Below are positions 27,916 through 37,700 of a stretch of 64,000 nucleotides of DNA, piece by piece. Both the position numbers and the translations under genes were made by a program. The first letter of the stretch is position 1, and each line of letters begins with the position of its first letter. The notes beneath the pieces were generated by a model that was not told where the DNA came from, made no database searches, and worked only from the letters and a program-made list of their open reading frames with translations. The stretch comes from an uncultured Chloroflexia bacterium (GTDB lineage: Bacteria; Chloroflexota; Limnocylindria; Limnocylindrales; CSP1-4), in NCBI GenBank assembly GCA_963713975.1, contig OY970218.1, positions 1,440,001 through 1,504,000 of the forward strand. The letters run 5' to 3'.

Positions 27916-29616
27916 ATGACCTCGCTCCTCCGCCGGATCGCGCTGCTTGCGCTTGCCACCGGGATCCTGTTCGACATCCTCGTCCCGGGCAATGCCGCCG
28001 GTCTCAACGCTCCGATCGTCATGGCCGCCCTGCTGGCCGCAGCAGCGCTCGTCGCCGGTCGGGACGGGATCCCGCGCATGGACCCTGCGGACGCCTGGCT
28101 TGCGCCGACAGCGCTGGTCCTGGCGTCCCTGGCCGCGATCCGTGCCGACGGCTGGCTGGTGGCCGTCGACCTGTTGCTCGCTGCGGCTCTCGCCGCCGGG
28201 GCCATCGGGTGCATGGCCGGGGGGAGGGTCACCCGGGGCCTCGTCCCGCGGGTCCTGGAGCTCGCGGTGGGCGTCGTGGCCGTGGCGGGGATCGGAACAC
28301 TGAACCTGCTCACATCCCGGCGCCCGGCACCCGTCGAACCGGAGGTCCCCGGCCGGACGGCGGCCCTGCGGGCCAGGCTCCGCGGAGCCACACCCGTGCT
28401 GCGCGGGCTCTTGATCGCCGTACCGGTGCTCGCCGTGTTCGTCGCCCTGTTCGCTTCTGCCGACGCGGTGTTCGCCCGGATCACGTCGGACGTCCTGGCG
28501 TGGCAGCCGGACATCGACATCGAGGAAGTGGTCACGCGCGCGGTGGTGATCACGATCGTGGCCTGGACGGCGGCCGGCCTCCTGGGCCTCGCCGGCGGGC
28601 TGCTGCCCGCGTACCTGCCGTCGACCACGGAGGACCCCGGTCCCGAACGCGCGCCCGATGCCGAGCCGGCCTCTCCAGTGCCCGGCCGCCTCCCGCCCGC
28701 GCCACCGGCGCCGCGTACCGGTGGCTCATCCGGCGGTCCCGCGGCCGCGACCTGGCCAGCGTCGCACGCGTGGGTCGCCGCCACCCGGCCCGCCGAGGTC
28801 CATGCCCCGCTGCGCCTGGGAACGACCGAGGGAGCCACGATCCTGGTCGTGGTCGACGTCCTGTTCGCCGTCTTCGTGATGCTGCAGCTCGCCTACCTGT
28901 TCGGCGGCACCGACCCGATGGCGATGGCCGGCCTCACCTACGCCGAGTACGCCCGTCGAGGGTTCTTCGAGCTCGTGCTCGTCGCCCTGCTCGCCGGGGG
29001 ACTCGTGGTCACGCTCGATTCCGCCGTGGGGTCACGGTCACGGGGGCAGCTGGCCGGCGCGCTCGTGCTGCTGGCGCTCACGGCCGTGGTGCTGGTCTCC
29101 GCGCTGCTCAGGCTCCGGCTATACCAGTCGATGTACGGCTGGACCGAGCTCCGCCTGGTCGTGCTGATCGCCATCGCGTGGCTCGGGGTGGCGCTCGCGG
29201 TTGCCGCGGCGCTGCTTCTCCTCCGCCGCACCCGCTGGAGCCTGCACGTCCTGGGCATCATGGTCCTGGTCGCGGTCGGGGCGCTGAACGTGATCGGGCC
29301 CCAGGCGTTCGTCACCGGGCGGAACCTGGAGCGCGCGATCGACCCCTCCCTGGTGCCGCCCGGTGGTCGCACCGGTCTCGACACGGACTACCTTGCTCAA
29401 TTCGGTGACGGGGCGGTGGCGCCGATCGTGGATGCGTGGGAGCGGCTCGCCCAGACGGACCGGGACGCCCTCGCCCCGGCGCTCGAATGGCGGGCTGATG
29501 AGCTGCGAACGGACCCCCTCCTGCAGGGCTGGCCGGCCTGGAACCTCACCCGCGAGCGGGCGAGAGCGGCGCTGCGGGGCTGGGAGGCGGCACCCGGTCC
29601 CACCTCCGTCCCGTAG
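27916..29616 (+). CDS. DUF4153/DUF4173 membrane protein
   Basis: LFASADAVF, QLAYLFGG, TYAEYARRGFFEL, RLRLYQSMYGWTELR; many TMs. Confidence 0.85.
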   Translation: MTSLLRRIALLALATGILFDILVPGNAAGLNAPIVMAALLAAAALVAGRDGIPRMDPADAWLAPTALVLASLAAIRADGWLVAVDLLLAAALAAGAIGCMAGGRVTRGLVPRVLELAVGVVAVAGIGTLNLLTSRRPAPVEPEVPGRTAALRARLRGATPVLRGLLIAVPVLAVFVALFASADAVFARITSDVLAWQPDIDIEEVVTRAVVITIVAWTAAGLLGLAGGLLPAYLPSTTEDPGPERAPDAEPASPVPGRLPPAPPAPRTGGSSGGPAAATWPASHAWVAATRPAEVHAPLRLGTTEGATILVVVDVLFAVFVMLQLAYLFGGTDPMAMAGLTYAEYARRGFFELVLVALLAGGLVVTLDSAVGSRSRGQLAGALVLLALTAVVLVSALLRLRLYQSMYGWTELRLVVLIAIAWLGVALAVAAALLLLRRTRWSLHVLGIMVLVAVGALNVIGPQAFVTGRNLERAIDPSLVPPGGRTGLDTDYLAQFGDGAVAPIVDAWERLAQTDRDALAPALEWRADELRTDPLLQGWPAWNLTRERARAALRGWEAAPGPTSVP

Positions 29617-29619
29617 CGA

Positions 29620-30612
29620 TCAGCCCTCGCCGCCCCAACCCGCGACCGGGTCGACGGGAGCCGCCTTCGGCATGAACCGGCGGAAGGCCCACCGTGCGAT
29701 GAGGGCCAGGACGAGCAGCAGCAGGATCACCGGGAGCCACACGATCCCGAACCAGATCGTCCCCGACACGATCGTCTGTCCTGCGCCGATGAGGGTGGCC
29801 GTCGCGCCGTCCACGTCGGCCGTGGGATCCCAGCCCTTGGCCGTCTCCTGGACCTGGGCGATCTGCGTGCCGAAGGTGGTGACCAGCGTCCCGTACGTGA
29901 CCTGGTCCTCCAGCTGGGTGCGCTGGCCGTCGAGCTGCTCGATCTGGCCCCGGACGTCGGTGATGCGCGCCTCGACCTCCAGGAGGTCGGAGACCTTGCC
30001 CGTGCCCTTGGCGATGTCCACGAGGACCTGCTCGCTCGCACGGAGGTTCCGGATACGCGCCTCGAGGTCGACGATCTGTCCACCCACCTCGGTCGCCTGC
30101 GTCTCCTCGCCCACGACCTTGGTCGCAAGGCCGCGGAGTGACGTGAGCGCGTCATCCCAGCGTGCGGCGGGGACGCGGTAGGTGATGGTCGCGACGCTTC
30201 GGTCGTCGTCGTTGGTCTCGCGTGACGCACCGACGTAGCCGCCGGTCGCCAGCACGGCTGCCCGGGCCTTGGCCAGCGCGGCCTGGAGATCGTCCACGAC
30301 CAGGTCCAGCGAGCCCGTGTAGACGATCTTGAGGTCGTCACGCGGTGCCGTGAGCGGGTCGCCGTTAGCGTCGACCGGCGGTTGGCCACCGGCAGCCTCG
30401 GCCGCCGGCACCTCGACAGCCGGAGCCGCTGACGCCGCAGCGCTCGACCGGTATTCCGCGGATGACGTCACGTCCGCGCCGCCGTCGGCGCTGTCGCCGA
30501 AGAGCGGGACCGGCGCGCCGGCACTGCCTCCGCAGGCCGCCAGGGCCGATGCGAGGATCAGGACTGGGAGGACGAGGCGGAGCCAGGCGGTCCGCCGCTC
30601 GGGAGTCAACAT
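29620..30612 (-). CDS. DUF4349-domain lipoprotein
   Basis: LAAC lipobox; KIVYTGSLDL, ITYRVP, DLEARIRNL, VRGQIEQLDG; C-terminal TM. Confidence 0.85.
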   Translation of the reverse strand: MLTPERRTAWLRLVLPVLILASALAACGGSAGAPVPLFGDSADGGADVTSSAEYRSSAAASAAPAVEVPAAEAAGGQPPVDANGDPLTAPRDDLKIVYTGSLDLVVDDLQAALAKARAAVLATGGYVGASRETNDDDRSVATITYRVPAARWDDALTSLRGLATKVVGEETQATEVGGQIVDLEARIRNLRASEQVLVDIAKGTGKVSDLLEVEARITDVRGQIEQLDGQRTQLEDQVTYGTLVTTFGTQIAQVQETAKGWDPTADVDGATATLIGAGQTIVSGTIWFGIVWLPVILLLLVLALIARWAFRRFMPKAAPVDPVAGWGGEG

Positions 30613-30724
30613 GGTTCCCCACCTCATGGGGGCACGTCAGGCGTGCCCGGTACCGCAGAGGGTTGCGGCACCGGGCGGACGCATTCCGCGGGTGTCGGGT
30701 TCCACGGGGCGGTATGGTGCGGGC

Positions 30725-31813
30725 ATGGGACTCCCGTTCGCACCCCCGCTGGAGCCGATGCTGGCCAAGGCATCCGCGTCGCTGCCCGAAGGGGACGACT
30801 GGCTGTACGAGCCCAAGTGGGACGGCTTCCGCGCCATCGTCTTTCGTGATGGCGACGAGGTCTTCACCCAGAGCCGTGACCTCAAGCCCCTGGATCGCTA
30901 CTTCCCGGAGCTGGCGGCACCGTTCCTTGCCCAGCTGCCGGAGCGATGCGTGCTGGACGGCGAGGTGGTCATCGCACGCGACGGCGCGCTCGACTTCGAG
31001 GCCCTGCTGCTGCGCATCCACCCGGCCGCGTCACGGGTCGCCATGCTCGCCGCGGAGAGCCCGGCCTCGTTCGTGGCCTGGGACCTGCTGGCGCTCGGGG
31101 ATGACGACCTGCGGGACGTCCCGCAGGGCGAGCGCCGGGTGAGGCTCGTCGAGGCGCTGGCAGGTGTCGTCCTGCCCATCCACGTCACGCCGGCGACGCG
31201 CGACCGTGCCCTCGCCGCGGAGTGGTTCGACCAGTTCGAGGGCGCCGGCCTGGACGGCGTGGTCGCCAAGCGCCTCGAGGGCGCCTACCAGCCCGGAAAG
31301 CGGGCGATGCTCAAGATCAAGCACGGGCGGACGGCCGATTGCGTGATCGCCGGATTCCGCTGGCACAAGAACGGACCCGGAACCCACGTCGGCAGCCTGC
31401 TGCTCGGCCTGTTCGACGATGCGGGCACGCTCCACCATGTGGGCATCACCTCCTCGTTCACCTGGGAGCGGCGCGCGGCCCTGGTCGAGGAGCTCGCACC
31501 CCTTCGGGAGGGTGCGCTGGATACCCATCCGTGGGCGGAGTGGGCGGAGTGGGCGTCGCACGGGTCGGACGGGTCCGGGCAGCGGCTCCCGGGGGCCGGC
31601 TCGCGCTGGAACCGTGGCAAGGACCTGTCCTGGGAGCCGCTCCGCTGCGAGCGCGTCGCGGAGGTCGGCTACGACCACCTCCAGAGCGACCGCTTCCGGC
31701 ATGCGACGACGTTCAAGCGATGGCGCCCGGACAAGGCGCCGGGGGACTGCCGCTACGACCAGCTCGAGACGACCGCTCCGTTCGAGCTGGCGCGCATCTT
31801 CGGGCCGGCCTGA
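30725..31813 (+). CDS. ligC: ATP-dependent DNA ligase, LigC type
   Basis: PMLAK, EPKWDGFR, RYFPEL, LDGEVV, DGVVAK, GSLLLGL, SRWNRGKDLSW, RFRH, RWRPDK. Confidence 0.92.
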   Translation: MGLPFAPPLEPMLAKASASLPEGDDWLYEPKWDGFRAIVFRDGDEVFTQSRDLKPLDRYFPELAAPFLAQLPERCVLDGEVVIARDGALDFEALLLRIHPAASRVAMLAAESPASFVAWDLLALGDDDLRDVPQGERRVRLVEALAGVVLPIHVTPATRDRALAAEWFDQFEGAGLDGVVAKRLEGAYQPGKRAMLKIKHGRTADCVIAGFRWHKNGPGTHVGSLLLGLFDDAGTLHHVGITSSFTWERRAALVEELAPLREGALDTHPWAEWAEWASHGSDGSGQRLPGAGSRWNRGKDLSWEPLRCERVAEVGYDHLQSDRFRHATTFKRWRPDKAPGDCRYDQLETTAPFELARIFGPA

Positions 31814-31817
31814 GCCC

Positions 31818-33149
31818 ATGCCCGCGGGCGACGCCCCCAACGTCCTGGTCGTCCCCGCGAACCTGGTGGCGGCGCTCGCCATCGCCGGGTTCGCGGTCGC
31901 CCTGGTCGCGGCCCTTGTCACGCCGGTGCTGTCGCGGCTGGATCGCCTTGCAGCGTGGCGTGGCCCGCTGACCCTCGTTCCATACGCGCTGCTGCTCGCC
32001 GGTGCCGTCCTCGCGGGGGCGGCCGCGGTGCTCGGCACGGTCAGCTCGCCACAGCCCGGCGTACGGGAGGTGGCGTCCGCGGCGCTCGCCGTCCTGTGTC
32101 TGACGCCACTGGTGGGTGTCGCCGCTGTCCGGATCAGGTACGGGTCACCCGGCAAGCGCACCTTCCACCAGCAGATCGCCGCCAACCGCGGGTCATCGGT
32201 GCTGCTGGTGGCGGTGCTGTTCGAGCTGATGCTGGTCACGGGGTTCCTGGTCGGGGCCGCCGTGGGCGTCGCGTTCGGGTCCGCGCTCCTGCTGGGCCTC
32301 GCCGTGGCCGGTGTCTCGGCGCTGGTCACCGCGGGCGCGACGGGGTTCGCGGTCCTGTCGGGCGACGGGATGATCCTGGACCTGGAGCACGCCACCCGGT
32401 CCGGACCCCGCGAGCAGCAGCTGCGCAACGTCGTCGCCGAGCTCGCGCTGGCAGCCGGTATCCCTGCGCCCACGGTGTACGTGATCGAGAGCCCGACGCT
32501 CAACGCGATGTCCGTGGGCCGGAGCACGGACCGCGCCAGCATCGCCATCACCCGTGGCCTGCTGGACCAGCTCGATCGGGAGCAGCTCCAGGGCGTCATC
32601 GCCCATGAGCTGGCGCACATCGCCAACCTCGATTCGCGGCACGCCGTCCTGGTGGCCCTGCTGGTGGGGGCGATCGTGGTGTTGACCGACGTGTTCCTCC
32701 ACCTGGTCATCGAGGTCGCCCGGAACCCGTGGACCGGTGACGACCTCAAGGACACGGCGGCGGCGCTGGCCCTGTGGCTGGTGGTCGTGGTCGTGGGTTT
32801 TGTCGTGGGCGGGCTGCTCAAGCTCGTCGCGCCGGTTGCCGCGCTGGCGGTGCAGGCCGCCGTGAGCCGTGACCGGGAGTACCTCGCCGACGCGACCGCG
32901 GTGGCGATCACCCGCAACCCGGCCGGCCTGATCGGCGCGTTGGAGCGGCTTGATGTCGGCCGCGCGCCGGTCGGCGTCCGTAATCGGGGCACCCAGCACC
33001 TGTGGATCGTGAACCCGCTGCGCGAGGCCAGTGAGGGCGGGCGCGGCTGGTTCGACACGCACCCCGCCACGTCGGATCGCATCGCGCGGCTCCGCGCGCT
33101 GTCCGGCCAGGACGTCGAGGATGCCTCGGAGGATCGGGCTACCGGCTGA
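31818..33149 (+). CDS. M48 (HtpX-like) zinc metalloprotease with extra N-terminal TMs
   Basis: QIAANR, PTVYVIES...NA, GVIAHELAH, SRDREYLADA, THPATSDRIARL. Confidence 0.88.
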   Translation: MPAGDAPNVLVVPANLVAALAIAGFAVALVAALVTPVLSRLDRLAAWRGPLTLVPYALLLAGAVLAGAAAVLGTVSSPQPGVREVASAALAVLCLTPLVGVAAVRIRYGSPGKRTFHQQIAANRGSSVLLVAVLFELMLVTGFLVGAAVGVAFGSALLLGLAVAGVSALVTAGATGFAVLSGDGMILDLEHATRSGPREQQLRNVVAELALAAGIPAPTVYVIESPTLNAMSVGRSTDRASIAITRGLLDQLDREQLQGVIAHELAHIANLDSRHAVLVALLVGAIVVLTDVFLHLVIEVARNPWTGDDLKDTAAALALWLVVVVVGFVVGGLLKLVAPVAALAVQAAVSRDREYLADATAVAITRNPAGLIGALERLDVGRAPVGVRNRGTQHLWIVNPLREASEGGRGWFDTHPATSDRIARLRALSGQDVEDASEDRATG

Positions 33150-33155
33150 CGCGGG

Positions 33156-34652
33156 TCATGAGCCTGCCGTGTCGTCCTTCGGCGTGGGCCGCGTCCGGCG
33201 GCCGGGCTGGCGGCCGGCCATCCAGGCCGCCCGCTCGTCGTCCGAGAGGCTCCCCCAGTCGTCCGGGGCCGAATCGGGGTCCAGTGACTCCTGCGGTGGG
33301 CGGAGGGCCTCCGGGACGTGGACCAGGTTGAGCCGCAGCCGGTACCAGGCGTACGCGCGGCCACGCATCGCGGTCTCGATCACGTCCGCCGGCTCGAGGT
33401 GGGCGGCGGCCTCCGGGTGGCGATCCTTCCAGCGCTCTAGACCCGCGTAGACCTCGGCCTTGGTGGGCGCCCGGCCCAGCTCGATCACGGGCACGCTCGA
33501 TCGGCGCCGGCCAGTGGGCGATGGCTTCGAGCCCTGCCACTCCGCGGGCAGGCCCGCGTTGGGATCGCCGGCCGCCACGGCTGCCGCCCGGGCCTCGATC
33601 ACCTCCGGTGGAGGACCGCCATCCCTGCCACGTCCCTCGTAGTCGGCATCGGGCCGCCGCTTGCGCGACGGCTGGACGCGCGGCGGCTCACCCTCCTGCT
33701 TGGCGTAGTTGGGCGGCCACGGTGCATCGCCCTCGCCCTCGGATTCGTGGCGCCTCGAGAGCTCCAGCAGGGCGTCCAGCGAGCCCACGGCGCCGTCGAT
33801 GCCCGCCCCGGCATCGCCCCGCTCCGCGTAGAGCGCGGGGACCGTGGCCAGCGTGTAGTCCTCCATCGCGCAGTCGGGCACCTCGTCCCAGCGCAGGGGG
33901 AATGACACCCGGGCATCCGGCGTCGGCCGCACCGAATAGGCGGAGGCCACCGTCCGGTCCTTGGCGTTCTGGTTGTAGTCGAGGAAGACGCCGTGGCGCT
34001 CCTCCTTCCACCACTTCGAGGTGGCGATGGATGGCGCACGGTGCTCCACGTCCCTTGCCAGCGCCAGCGCCGCCCGCCGTACCTCCGGGTACGTCCAGCG
34101 TGGCTCGATGCGCACGTTGACGTGGATCCCGCGCGAGCCGGATGTCTTCGGCCAGCCCGCAAGGCCCACGGCCTCGAGCAATTCCCGCACCACGAGCGCG
34201 ACCTCGCGCACCTGCGACCAGGGCACGCCCGGGACCGGATCGAGGTCCACCCGCAGCTCGTCGGGATGATCCAGGTCCTCCGCCCTGACCGGGTGCGGGT
34301 TGAGGTCCAGGCAGCCAAGGTTGGCGACCCACGCGAGGCCCGCCGCCTCGTCCACCACCAGCTCGTCGGCGGTGCGTCCCGAGGGGAAGGTCAGCGTGGC
34401 GACCCGCATCCACTCGGGACGGTTGTCGGGTGCCCGCTTCTGGAAGAACGGCTCCTTCTCGGCGCCGTCGACGAAGCGCTTGAGCGCCATCGGCCGACCG
34501 CGGACGCCGGCCAGCGCCCCGTCGGCCACGGCAAGGAAATAGTGGACCAGGTCCAGCTTGGTGTGCCCGGCGCGTGGGAAGTACACCTTGTCGGGGTTGC
34601 TGACCGCGACCTCGCGGCCACCTACCTGGAGGATCTCCTTCCGCGTCGCCAC
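33156..34652 (-). CDS. LigD-type primase-polymerase (Prim-PolC-like) with C-terminal extension
   Basis: VSNPDKVYFP, FFQKRAP, ELRVDLDP, KTSGSRGIH, WWKEER, DYNQNAKDRTVASAYSVR. Confidence 0.9.
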   Translation of the reverse strand: MATRKEILQVGGREVAVSNPDKVYFPRAGHTKLDLVHYFLAVADGALAGVRGRPMALKRFVDGAEKEPFFQKRAPDNRPEWMRVATLTFPSGRTADELVVDEAAGLAWVANLGCLDLNPHPVRAEDLDHPDELRVDLDPVPGVPWSQVREVALVVRELLEAVGLAGWPKTSGSRGIHVNVRIEPRWTYPEVRRAALALARDVEHRAPSIATSKWWKEERHGVFLDYNQNAKDRTVASAYSVRPTPDARVSFPLRWDEVPDCAMEDYTLATVPALYAERGDAGAGIDGAVGSLDALLELSRRHESEGEGDAPWPPNYAKQEGEPPRVQPSRKRRPDADYEGRGRDGGPPPEVIEARAAAVAAGDPNAGLPAEWQGSKPSPTGRRRSSVPVIELGRAPTKAEVYAGLERWKDRHPEAAAHLEPADVIETAMRGRAYAWYRLRLNLVHVPEALRPPQESLDPDSAPDDWGSLSDDERAAWMAGRQPGRRTRPTPKDDTAGS

Positions 34653-34708
34653 CGGCCGATCCTACCCGGCGGGGGCAAGGGCCGGGCGGTCGGGTCGGGC
34701 GGCCGGCC

Positions 34709-37700
34709 TCAGGTGCGGACGATGTGGAGGCGGCCGCGGCGCTCGAAGCGGAACCCGGGCCGGTCCGCGAAGTACTCGTGCACCGCCGTGCGACAGCCGG
34801 ACCACGTGTCGTAGTCGTCGAGCACGATGCGGCCGCCCACCACGAGCCGCGGGGCGATGCGCTCCAGGCAGGTCATCGTGGACTCGTACCAGTCGCCATC
34901 GAGATGGGCGAGCGCGACCGGCTCCTCCACGATCAGCGTGTCCTGGAACAGGCCCGCGACCAGCTGCACGTTTCGCTCGTCGAGCGGGAGTCCGTGGCGT
35001 GCGAACGAGGCCGTCACCTCTCCCTCGAGATCCTCGCGGTAGCCGTAGTACGTCTCGCCACCGATGCCCTGGGACTCGCCGGCCACGATCGTCGCGTAGC
35101 GGCGGTGCACGTCTGCGTCGTCCCTGGCGCTCGGCGGCGGGATCATGCCGAACACGTCGTAGACGCGCATCGGCCGATTGGGCGCCTTCGAGGCCGCGAG
35201 CACGATCGCCGACCCGCCGCGGGCTGTCCCGGTCTCGATGACGAGCCCTTGCAGTCCGGCGGCCTCGATCTCGGCCATCGTGGCCGCGAGCGTCCGGAGG
35301 CTCACGTCGTTGAGATACGACAGGTGTTCCGAGCGCACCGCGGCGATGGTCCGCTCGACGGCCGGGGCCACCGGGTTCAACGCCGGACCCACCGGCAGCG
35401 GGCTGTCCAGCGTGCCTGGGGAGCCGGCCCCCTCGCCGGGCGGCAGGCCGGCCCGGGCCTGCAGCCGTGCGGCAACGGCCTGCCAGCGGTCACGCTCGAA
35501 GGTGAGCGCCGCGTGCCATGGCTTGGGGAAGCTCGCCCAATGGATGAGGGCCGGATCCTCGACCTCCTCGAGTGTCGGCAACGCATTCCAGCGGGGCGGC
35601 AGGACGCAGCGTGCGGGACCCGCGTAGGCGAGCATGGTGTCCTGGTCGTGGAAGCCGTACCGCTCGGCCCAGCCGAGGTAGGTGCGGGTGAAGTCGTCCT
35701 GGCGGAGCCGGTCCAGGTCCATCACCAGGACACCGGCGTTGAGCGCCGGGTGGCCGAACCCGTGGAGTGCCCCCATCCGCCTGCGAAGGTCCGTGGCCAC
35801 CGGCTCCGGGAGCGCCCGGCCGGCCCGCTGCCACTCGCTGTCCTCGCTCACGTTCGAGTCACGCGCCGCGATCGGCCGGCCGCCCAGGTCGAGCCGGAAC
35901 AGCTCCCCGATGTCGCCGAGGACCAGCGTGTCCACGTCGAGGTACACCACCCGGCGCACGTCCCCGAGCATGTGGGGCAGCAGCAGCCGGTCCATGGTGG
36001 AGACCGTGATGCGGTACGGGATCCGCAACCGTCGGCCAGGTAGCCCGTACGTGATCGGGTCGCAAGGGAGGAACGTGATCGGGAGGTCCGGGAAGGCGGC
36101 GCAGAACCATTCCTGGTAGGCATCGGAGAGGCCCCGCGCGAGGATCCACAGCCGGACGGGCATGGTGGCGTGCTCGAGGATCGACTCGACCACGACGGGC
36201 GCCTGCGATGTCAGGTTCTGGTCGAAGCACAGGACGATATCGGCCACCGCATCAGGGTCCACCGCGTCGTGGGGGCCCGAGCGTCGCGAACGCGCCCAGC
36301 TGGCCCGGACCGCCGCCTCGATGTCGGTCCCGGTTGGCGTCTCCGTCCCGCGGGCGGCGAACCGCCCCTTGGCCTCGGCGACCTTCGGCGCTGCGATCTC
36401 GCGCCACGTGGCGTAGACCTCCTCCTCGGACGCACCTGAGAGGATCCGGCCGAAGACGGCCGCGGTCAGGTCCCGGATCCCGTCCCGGAGCGACACCAGC
36501 GCCGGGTCTCCGGGTGCGAGGCCGGCGAGGCCCGCGAACCGGATGTCACCGGGATTGCGGGTGCGGAAGTCCACCGGGACGCCCAGGCTGGTCATGGGCA
36601 GGTAGGCGTGGAGCCGTCCCGTCACCGCCCGGGCAAGGGTCGCCTGGTACTCGGCGAGCCGCGCGTCCGCGGCCCGGATGCCGTCGGCCAGCGGCAGGAA
36701 CCGGTACTCGTCCGACTGGTGGGTGTACGAGCGGGTCCGCCGCGCGTCGCCGGCGGCCTTGGCCGGCTGGTCGATCACGCCGACCGTGTCGCCGCCCTTG
36801 AACGCCGAGGACCGCTCCGGGAAGAGGGCATCCACGGTCGACGTCAGGCAGCCGGTGAAGAACGCGTCGACGCCGGCGCTGAGCAGGAGGTACACCGTCG
36901 TCCAGTCGCGGCAGCCGACCGGGCCGTAGCGGCGCAGGTACTCGAGCGCCTCCTCGGACAGCATGTCCAGCCGGTTGACGTGGAACGACATGAACAGGGG
37001 CCGGATGTTGGGGTGGTACGGGAAGTCGTAGCGCAGGTCGAACAGGGGGTGCATGTGCCAGCCGAAGGCCGGCAGCCAGGTCCCCTCCGGGACGGTCCCC
37101 GCGCTGCTGAAGTCGCGGTCAACCGGCAGGAGGTGCACGGCCCCTGCGACGCCGGGCACGCGCAATGCCGGCTGCACCCGGTTGCCGAGGCCGGCAGCAA
37201 CCTCGCCCAGCCCTTCGTCGCCGGTGAAGGTCACATCGCCCAGGCGGGCGATATTGCCCAGGAGGGCAAGCGTCTGGACATAGTCGCCGAGGTTGCCGGA
37301 AGCCAGCACCGGGTCCGGCGTCCGGTAGGCGAGCAGGCCGATCGGCACCGCACCCGCCGGAACCTCGCGTGGGCTCGGCTCGAGCCAGCCCTCGATGAGC
37401 CGCCGGGCGTAGCGGCGCCGGTCGTCGACCTCGGCGGATGGACGGTCCAGGAGCTCCGCCATGGACGCCGCCGCGGCGTCGCGCTCGCCCATCGCGAGGA
37501 AGCGCCCCGCGAGGTCCACGAGCGTGGCAGGGTTCATGCGGGACTCCGGGACGCCGATCGCCAGCGCTCGAGAACGCGCCTCCGGCGATCCGTCCGCCAG
37601 CGCGCCGTCCACCGCCTCCACCGGGATCCAGTGCCGCAGGGTCGCGTCGTCGAGCCGGGAGGCGTGGATCCACGATCGCCGGAGCTGACCGCGCCGGTGG

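Noticed and set aside
30725-34652. Complete NHEJ system
   Set aside because: No Ku or phosphoesterase domain in the window; motifs match LigC/Prim-PolC
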